A stretch of 64,000 nucleotides of DNA from an uncultured delta proteobacterium (GTDB taxonomy: Bacteria > Desulfobacterota > Desulfobacteria > Desulfobacterales > JAHEIW01), in NCBI GenBank assembly GCA_963706575.1, contig CAVPNL010000012.1, forward strand, positions 128,001-192,000, read 5' to 3'. Positions 58,488 through 64,000 of this stretch are shown here, one piece after another. The position numbers and the translations under genes were made by a program. The notes under the pieces were generated by a model. That model saw nothing but the letters and a program-made list of their open reading frames with translations. It had not been told where the DNA came from and did not search any database. The first letter of the stretch is position 1. Each line of letters starts with the position of its first letter.

Positions 58488-59662
58488 AACAGGTGGCTGA
58501 GGGCAGCCAGGCCGTTTCCGAAGCGGTGCGGCTGGCAAAAGTTCAGGTGATCGCAGCCTATCCCATTACACCGCAAACTCATATTGTGGAGAATCTATCA
58601 GAGCACTGCGCCAACGGGACCCTCAACGCCCGTTTTATATGTGTCGAAAGCGAACACTCGGCGATGGCGGCAATCATCGGTGCCGCCAGCAGCGGTGTGC
58701 GAACCTTTACGGCTACTTCTTCCCATGGTCTGGCCTATATGCACGAAGTTTTGCACTGGGCATCGGGTGCCCGCCTGCCCATCGTCATAGCGGATGTCAA
58801 CCGCGCTCTGGGGCCGGGGTGGAACATATGGCTGGATCAAACCGACAGCCTCAGCCAGCGCGATACCGGCTGGATTCAGCTGTATTGCGAAGACAGTCAG
58901 GATGTCCTCGATACCACCCTGATGGCTTACCGGCTGGCCGAATCGGTCAACCTGCCGGTCATGATCGTTTTAGACGCCTTTTTCCTTTCGCACACCTATG
59001 AACCGGTGGATATCCCCGATCAGAAACCGGTTGATAGGTTTCTTCCGCCATTTTTACCCCGCTTTCAACTCGATACCGCCAATCCAGCTGCCTTTAATCA
59101 ATTTGTGGCCCCGCAGGCCTATATGGAAATGCGCTATAATATTCAAACCGCCATGGAACAGGTCCCGGAATATTATTCCCGCATTGCTGAAGAATTTGAG
59201 ATCATCTTTGACCGTCAACACGACCTTGCAGAGGCGGTGCAGTGCGAAGATGCCGAAATTATTTTCGTGGCTGCCGGGACGACCGTCAGCACCTGTCGCC
59301 AGGCGGTGGATCGTTTGCGCCATGCAGGCGAAAAGGCCGGTTTGCTGAAACTGAAAATGTTTCGCCCCTTTCCTATCGATTATTCGCGGCAGGTTCTCAG
59401 CGGCAAACAAAAAGTGGCGGTGGTCGATCGCAACTGCTCCTTCGGCGCCTCCGGCATATTTGCCCAGGAGCTCAGGGCCGCCCTGTATAATGCCGAAGCA
59501 CCGCCAAGAATCTTCGGCTATATCGCCGGCCTCGGCGGCCGGGATGTAACCCCGGAAACCATTGAAGATATTTACTGGCAAACCAAAAGTAATAATAGCC
59601 CGCAAACTGAAAATATATGGATCGGGCTCGATCAGGAGACGTTGAAATCATGGCGCAACTAA
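58484..59662 (+). CDS. porA: 2-oxoacid:acceptor oxidoreductase alpha subunit
   Basis: AYPITPQT, VESEHSA, TATSSHGL, VNRA, FRPFP, GLGGRD. Confidence 0.92.
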   Translation: MKQVAEGSQAVSEAVRLAKVQVIAAYPITPQTHIVENLSEHCANGTLNARFICVESEHSAMAAIIGAASSGVRTFTATSSHGLAYMHEVLHWASGARLPIVIADVNRALGPGWNIWLDQTDSLSQRDTGWIQLYCEDSQDVLDTTLMAYRLAESVNLPVMIVLDAFFLSHTYEPVDIPDQKPVDRFLPPFLPRFQLDTANPAAFNQFVAPQAYMEMRYNIQTAMEQVPEYYSRIAEEFEIIFDRQHDLAEAVQCEDAEIIFVAAGTTVSTCRQAVDRLRHAGEKAGLLKLKMFRPFPIDYSRQVLSGKQKVAVVDRNCSFGASGIFAQELRAALYNAEAPPRIFGYIAGLGGRDVTPETIEDIYWQTKSNNSPQTENIWIGLDQETLKSWRN

Positions 59663-60537
59663 AAGGGACCGATCGAGACTATTTGAAACCGGGACATCTG
59701 GGGTGCCCCGGCTGCGGTGCCGCTATTGCGATTAAGTTTGCACTGAAGGCGTTGGGTGAAAAAATCATCCTGGTCATACCGGCCAGCTGTGCTTCTATTA
59801 TTGTGGGTCCATACCCGCTGTCTGCGGTAAACGTACCGATACTGCACACGGCCTTTGCAACAGCCGGTGCTGCGGCCAGCGGTGTCCGGGCGGCTTTAGA
59901 CATGAAAGGCGACACCGAAACGACGGTCGTATCATGGGCCGGGGATGGGGGCACATTTGACATCGGTTTTCAGTCCCTTAGCGGCGCAGTTGAACGCAAC
60001 GAAGATTGTATTTTTGTATGTTACGACAACGAGGCCTATATGAATACCGGTGTGCAGCGCAGCTCCTCAACCCCATTCGGCGTGCGCACAACCACCACCC
60101 CCGGGCAGGACTGGAAAAAGACCCGCAAAAAAAACATTATGGAAACCATGGCAGCGCATCGGATACCTTACGCCGCCACCGCCAGCATCGCCTTCCCAGA
60201 AGATCTGATTGCCAAATTTGAAAAAGCAAAAGAAAAAACAGGCGGCTCTCGATTTATCCACATTTTTGCCTCCTGTGCCACCGGATGGGGCGCCCCCTCT
60301 GACATGTCTGTTAAAATCGCGCGGCTGGCCGTGCAGACAAATATTTTTCCGCTTTATGAAATCGAAGACGGAACGCGTTATAAATTGAATTATAAAGGCG
60401 ACTGTCGGGTCGAAGACTATTTAGAAACCCAGGGGCGCTTTAAACACCTCAGCGAGGAAGATATTTCACAGATTCAAGGCATGGTGGCAGAAGACTGGAA
60501 CAACCTGGTTCACAAAGCCGCTGAAGTGCCGTCATGA
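59650..60537 (+). CDS. porB: 2-oxoacid:acceptor oxidoreductase beta subunit (TPP-binding)
   Basis: CPGCG, GDGGT.DIG..DNEAYMNTG.Q.S, CATGW. Confidence 0.92.
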   Translation: MAQLKGTDRDYLKPGHLGCPGCGAAIAIKFALKALGEKIILVIPASCASIIVGPYPLSAVNVPILHTAFATAGAAASGVRAALDMKGDTETTVVSWAGDGGTFDIGFQSLSGAVERNEDCIFVCYDNEAYMNTGVQRSSSTPFGVRTTTTPGQDWKKTRKKNIMETMAAHRIPYAATASIAFPEDLIAKFEKAKEKTGGSRFIHIFASCATGWGAPSDMSVKIARLAVQTNIFPLYEIEDGTRYKLNYKGDCRVEDYLETQGRFKHLSEEDISQIQGMVAEDWNNLVHKAAEVPS

Positions 60538-60574
60538 CCATTGCCGCTTCAATAGAAGTAATAGCCAAAATATC

Positions 60575-61177
60575 ATGATAAAAATTAAAGGTTCCAGAAA
60601 GCTGACCGCCGAGAAGTGGTTAAATTTGTTCGAAGTCAGATATATCGACAGAACCGGAAATGAAAAATCCTGGCAAACGGCTTCGCGCCAAAATGAACCC
60701 AAATGCCTGACCGGCAGTTACCAAAAGCCGGACGCCGTGGTGATTGTGCCGTTTCACACCACAAGGAACAAAATGGTCATCACCCGGGAGTATCGGGTGC
60801 CGTTGGATGGTTATGAATACGGATTCCCGGCCGGGTTGGTCGATAACGGTGAATCCGTTGAGCAGGCCGCACGGCGCGAATTGATGGAAGAAACCGGGTT
60901 AACTGTCAGCCGTTTCATAAGGGTCAGTCCACCGATCTATTCCTCTGCCGGTATGACCGATGAGTCCGTGGTAATGGTTTATGTGGAATGTGAAGGTGAG
61001 CCGTCAAACAGCGCCAACAGCGATTCGGAACTGATTGAAATCCTTTTCATCTCGCCCGATGAGGCTTTGGATCTATTAAGCGATACAACGCTTAAATTTG
61101 ACGCCAAAGCCTGGCTGGCGATATCCCAATTTGCTGAAAATGATGCGCACGACAAACTTAAATCCAATCGACGATAA
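60575..61177 (+). CDS. NUDIX hydrolase (ADP-ribose pyrophosphatase-like)
   Basis: PAGLVD.GE..EQAARRELMEETG Nudix box; SSAGMTDE. Confidence 0.92.
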   Translation: MIKIKGSRKLTAEKWLNLFEVRYIDRTGNEKSWQTASRQNEPKCLTGSYQKPDAVVIVPFHTTRNKMVITREYRVPLDGYEYGFPAGLVDNGESVEQAARRELMEETGLTVSRFIRVSPPIYSSAGMTDESVVMVYVECEGEPSNSANSDSELIEILFISPDEALDLLSDTTLKFDAKAWLAISQFAENDAHDKLKSNRR

Positions 61178-61793
61178 GCCCATTCGCACTTCCGCAATTG
61201 TCGTTATTTCAGTATATATTGCCGCCCAACTGCTGTCTGACATCGGGAGCCTTAAAATTGCGTGGGTTGGCGGATTCAGCGTCGACGCCGGCACATTTAT
61301 TTATCCGCTCACCTTTACCATCCGGGACCTAATCCATAAACAACTGGGGAAAGCAGCCGCCCGCACAATAATTATTCTGGCAGCAGGGATTAATCTTTTT
61401 ATGGTGGTTTTCTTCCAATTTGCCGCCTGGCTGCCCCAGGATCCCTCCTGGGGACTGGGTAAAGAATTTGCAGCCATCCTCGGTCCGGTTTGGCGGATCG
61501 TCATCGCCAGCATAATGGCGGAAGTCATCAGCGAGCTGATTGACACCGAGGTATACCACTTTTGGGTCAGCCGAATCACGCGAAAACATCAGTGGGCGCG
61601 CGTGCTCAGCAGCAATGCAGTCAGCATTCCGATCGACAGTCTGATTTTTTGCTGGGGGGCATTTGGTTTGGCGCTGCCGCATTTGACTGTCTGGTCCATA
61701 TTTTTCGCGAACGTTTTTATCAAGGGGTTGGTCACCGTTGTCAGCCTGCCAGCTATTTATCTGGTTAAAGAAAAAGAAAATGATACCGATTAA
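61140..61793 (+). CDS. Queuosine precursor transporter (VUT/YhhQ family)
   Basis: GTFIYPLTF..RD, RIVIAS..AE.ISE..D, RVLSSN.VS..IDS..F. Confidence 0.88.
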   Translation: MMRTTNLNPIDDKPIRTSAIVVISVYIAAQLLSDIGSLKIAWVGGFSVDAGTFIYPLTFTIRDLIHKQLGKAAARTIIILAAGINLFMVVFFQFAAWLPQDPSWGLGKEFAAILGPVWRIVIASIMAEVISELIDTEVYHFWVSRITRKHQWARVLSSNAVSIPIDSLIFCWGAFGLALPHLTVWSIFFANVFIKGLVTVVSLPAIYLVKEKENDTD

Positions 61794-61866
61794 TTCAGGC
61801 GCCACCGGAATCCGCTGAGCACATTGAATGAAGACAGGGGGCCAATTGGGTGTTATATTTAATATA

Positions 61867-61948
61867 GTTAAATGGTTGATTAGTTGATTGGTCAATTCGT
61901 CAGAGGATTCAATCCATTCTAAACTATTTGACCATTCGACCCATTAAC
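61867..61948. repeat. Degenerate octamer-repeat palindrome
   Basis: AATGGTTGATTAGTTGATTGGTCAA versus TTGACCATTCGACCCATT. Confidence 0.5.
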
Positions 61949-62030
61949 AAATCGGCTAAAAAAGCCCAGAACCTCTGAACCTTGAAGCATGAAACCATCG
62001 TTATTGCGTTTTTAAGCCAAGGAGATAACA

Positions 62031-62933
62031 ATGAAGTTCACCTGTCCGGTATGCAAAACACCCGGCGATATCCCTGACCCGGAAGACATCACCAGTCAGC
62101 CGGCAATCCCAGCAACATGCCTGAATTGCGGAGCAGATCTGTCCGTGGAGCATAGTACCGGCAAGGTGCAACGGCTATCAGGCGGACAGGACCCGCAGAA
62201 AGACCGGAAGGTATCAAGCGGCCAGCCAAAGCATGCCGTATCATCTGTATTAGCTATGAGTTCGCAGGAAAAAGGCCGCAAAGATTATCTGGCCACAGGG
62301 GTATTTGCTGTCGTGTTATGCGCCCTGATCGCAATCGGGGTGTACTTTTCATTAAGCATTAAGATGGACGCCTTAAACCAGCCACTGAAAATGATCTCCG
62401 AACTGGTCGATGATGTTACCGAGTATGGCAAAGCTATTTTTGGTAAATTTCAAAAAGATCAGCAGCCCCGTCAGGCTAAAAGACACGTTCGAAAAGGGTA
62501 CGAACACTACAAGGACAACCGGCTAAAAGAAGCGCTGCAAGAACTGGGCCTGGCAATTGAAACTCATCCGGAAAACTCTGAAGCTTATTTCTGGCGAGCC
62601 CGAACGTTCATTCGACTGGAACAATATGACGATGCCATAGCAGATTTGAAAACGGTGGTGAATTTGAAACCGAGCTACAGCCCGGCTTATGATAACCTCG
62701 GCTGGCTGTTCATGCGCCGCAATGATTATGATGAAAGCCTTTCCAACCTGAACAAATCCATTGAATTGAAACCGGATAACGGCTGGGCCCATTACATGCG
62801 AGCGCGCGTCTTTTTTAACAAGGGAGACTTTCAAAAAGCCGTTGAAAATGCCGAAACCGCTTGTAAATTGGGTTATAAAGACGGCTGCCGCGATGCCAAA
62901 CGTTATGGCGCTAAATTGACCGAAAACGGTTGA
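62031..62933 (+). CDS. Zinc-ribbon/TM/TPR protein
   Basis: CPVC...CLNC; one TM helix; 4 TPRs; ACKLG..GC cap. Confidence 0.9.
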   Translation: MKFTCPVCKTPGDIPDPEDITSQPAIPATCLNCGADLSVEHSTGKVQRLSGGQDPQKDRKVSSGQPKHAVSSVLAMSSQEKGRKDYLATGVFAVVLCALIAIGVYFSLSIKMDALNQPLKMISELVDDVTEYGKAIFGKFQKDQQPRQAKRHVRKGYEHYKDNRLKEALQELGLAIETHPENSEAYFWRARTFIRLEQYDDAIADLKTVVNLKPSYSPAYDNLGWLFMRRNDYDESLSNLNKSIELKPDNGWAHYMRARVFFNKGDFQKAVENAETACKLGYKDGCRDAKRYGAKLTENG

Positions 62934-62938
62934 CGTTA

Positions 62939-63022
62939 ATCACGAAAACACGAAATTGGAAAGCACGAAATATTTTCATTATTTGCTTTTTTCGTGTTTT
63001 CGATCTTTCGTGCTTTCGTGAT
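62939..63022. repeat. REP-like CACGAA/TTCGTG palindrome
   Basis: ATCACGAAAACACGAAA...TTTCGTGCTTTCGTGAT; three units per arm. Confidence 0.75.
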
Positions 63023-63067
63023 ATTTTTTTAATCCCAACTCATCCGGCAAAAGGATGAATCAACCGT

Positions 63068-63871
63068 ATGTCGCAAAATGATTATTATCAGATATTAGAA
63101 ATCGATCAAAAGGCAGGCCCCAGGCAGATCAAGGACACCTACCGCAAACTGGCCTTTGAATATCACCCGGATCGAAACCGTAAAAATCCGGAGGCTGCCG
63201 AAAAAATGAAACAGGTCAATGAGGCCTATGCGGTTCTGTCGGATCCGGCCAAGCGGCGTGAATATGACGCCATGAGGCAACAGTTCGGCTCATCGGCGTA
63301 CAGCCAGTTCCGGCAGAATTACTCCGAGCAGGATATTTTTAGCGGCTCGGATGTCAATCAAATTTTGGAACAAATGGCCCGGGCGTTTGGATTGAGGGGG
63401 TTTGATGAAATTTTCAAGGAATTTTACGGACAGGGATACCGCCATTATGAATTCCGAAAACCCGGATTTTTTGCAAAAAGCTATTATTTTACAGGCCCCC
63501 GCCAACGCCGGGGATTGAATGCTTCCGCCCCCCCTTTGCAGGGAAGCATCGGCAAACTCACCCGCTTTTTTCTAAAGCAATTCAGCGGTATTGAGCTGCC
63601 TGAAGGCGGCGCAGACCTCAAGGACACCATCCGGTTGAGCCCGGAACTTGCCCGCCAGGGTGGACCCTATGCCTACTATTTGCGAAAAAAAGATAAAAAA
63701 CTGGTTGTCAAAATCCCACCGGGTATCAAGCATCAGCAGCAGATCCGACTTGCCGGAATGGGTGGAGACGGTAAGGGCGGCGGAAAGGCCGGAGATCTTT
63801 ATCTGAAAGTGCGTATTCGAAAGCCGCTGCTGCAACGCTTAAAAGAGTTTCTTTCCAAGACGCGGATTTGA
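63068..63871 (+). CDS. DnaJ-domain protein (CbpA-like, truncated C-domain)
   Basis: DYYQIL, YHPDRN HPD motif, NEAY.VLSD..KR..YD; VKIPPG..IRLAGMG..GDLY. Confidence 0.92.
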   Translation: MSQNDYYQILEIDQKAGPRQIKDTYRKLAFEYHPDRNRKNPEAAEKMKQVNEAYAVLSDPAKRREYDAMRQQFGSSAYSQFRQNYSEQDIFSGSDVNQILEQMARAFGLRGFDEIFKEFYGQGYRHYEFRKPGFFAKSYYFTGPRQRRGLNASAPPLQGSIGKLTRFFLKQFSGIELPEGGADLKDTIRLSPELARQGGPYAYYLRKKDKKLVVKIPPGIKHQQQIRLAGMGGDGKGGGKAGDLYLKVRIRKPLLQRLKEFLSKTRI

Positions 63872-63880
63872 TTTAAAATA

Positions 63881-63990
63881 CCACGAAGACACGAAATCCG
63901 ATACGCGCAGCGCCGGCGGTTGCGCCGCGTGAGCACGAAATTTTATGCTAAATTCTTTTTCGTGATTTTAAACTTTCGTGATTTCGTTGT
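63881..63990. repeat. Second CACGAA/TTCGTG palindrome with a nested GC-rich hairpin
   Basis: CCACGAAGACACGAAA...TTTCGTGATTTCGTTG; inner ACGCGCAGCGCCGGCGGTTGCGCCGCGT. Confidence 0.7.
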
Positions 63991-64000
63991 AAAAAATTTT

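Noticed and set aside
59054..59605. Long antisense and alternate-frame ORFs (e.g. 59054-59605, 61329-61895, 4145-4642, 57732-58190)
   Set aside because: They are shadows of well-supported genes and have no recognisable motifs.
1..64000. CRISPR array, tRNA, rRNA, integrase or transposase
   Set aside because: No regularly spaced direct repeats with unique spacers, no cloverleaf or rRNA signatures, and no recombinase or DDE ORF recognised by eye. A tRNAscan/Infernal run would be the formal check.

Overview
A 64-kb bacterial window, most likely from a sulfate-reducing Desulfobacterota (Desulfobacterales-like) genome; this is inferred from gene content and intergenic repeat style. The flanks (1-15.1 kb and 47.9-64 kb) carry metabolic and housekeeping genes: a D-amino-acid dehydrogenase-like oxidoreductase, ghrA, an MFS transporter, DUF1015, rocD, a PPIase, a FIST protein with a hybrid kinase, a 2-oxoacid:acceptor oxidoreductase operon with an unusual GltD/DsrL-like delta subunit, NUDIX, a VUT transporter, a TPR protein and a DnaJ-like protein. 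The centre (~15.5-47.6 kb) is a ~32-kb specialised-lipid island of aryl-polyene/'ladderane-like' type-II FAS/PKS style. It encodes FabG, 4 catalytic ketosynthases (KS) and 2 chain-length-factor-like KS, 2 ACPs, 2 hotdog dehydratases, a thioesterase, a phytoene-desaturase-like flavoprotein and 3 tandem B12/radical-SAM enzymes. It also encodes GT2-DUF2062, two acyltransferases, LolA-like and MMPL export proteins and a PagL-like deacylase. It further carries an expanded set of paralogous envelope proteins, a flavodoxin-SCP2 fusion and a Tat-lipoprotein carotenoid-cleavage oxygenase. No aryl-starter ligase or ammonia-lyase is visible in the window. Frameshifts cluster in three blocks of the island; assembly error versus decay cannot be resolved here. 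Intergenic spaces contain many palindromic MITE/REP-like elements, including one family with three copies and co-varying terminal repeats. No rRNA, tRNA, CRISPR array or transposase was recognised. All family assignments come from motif recognition by eye, not from database searches.
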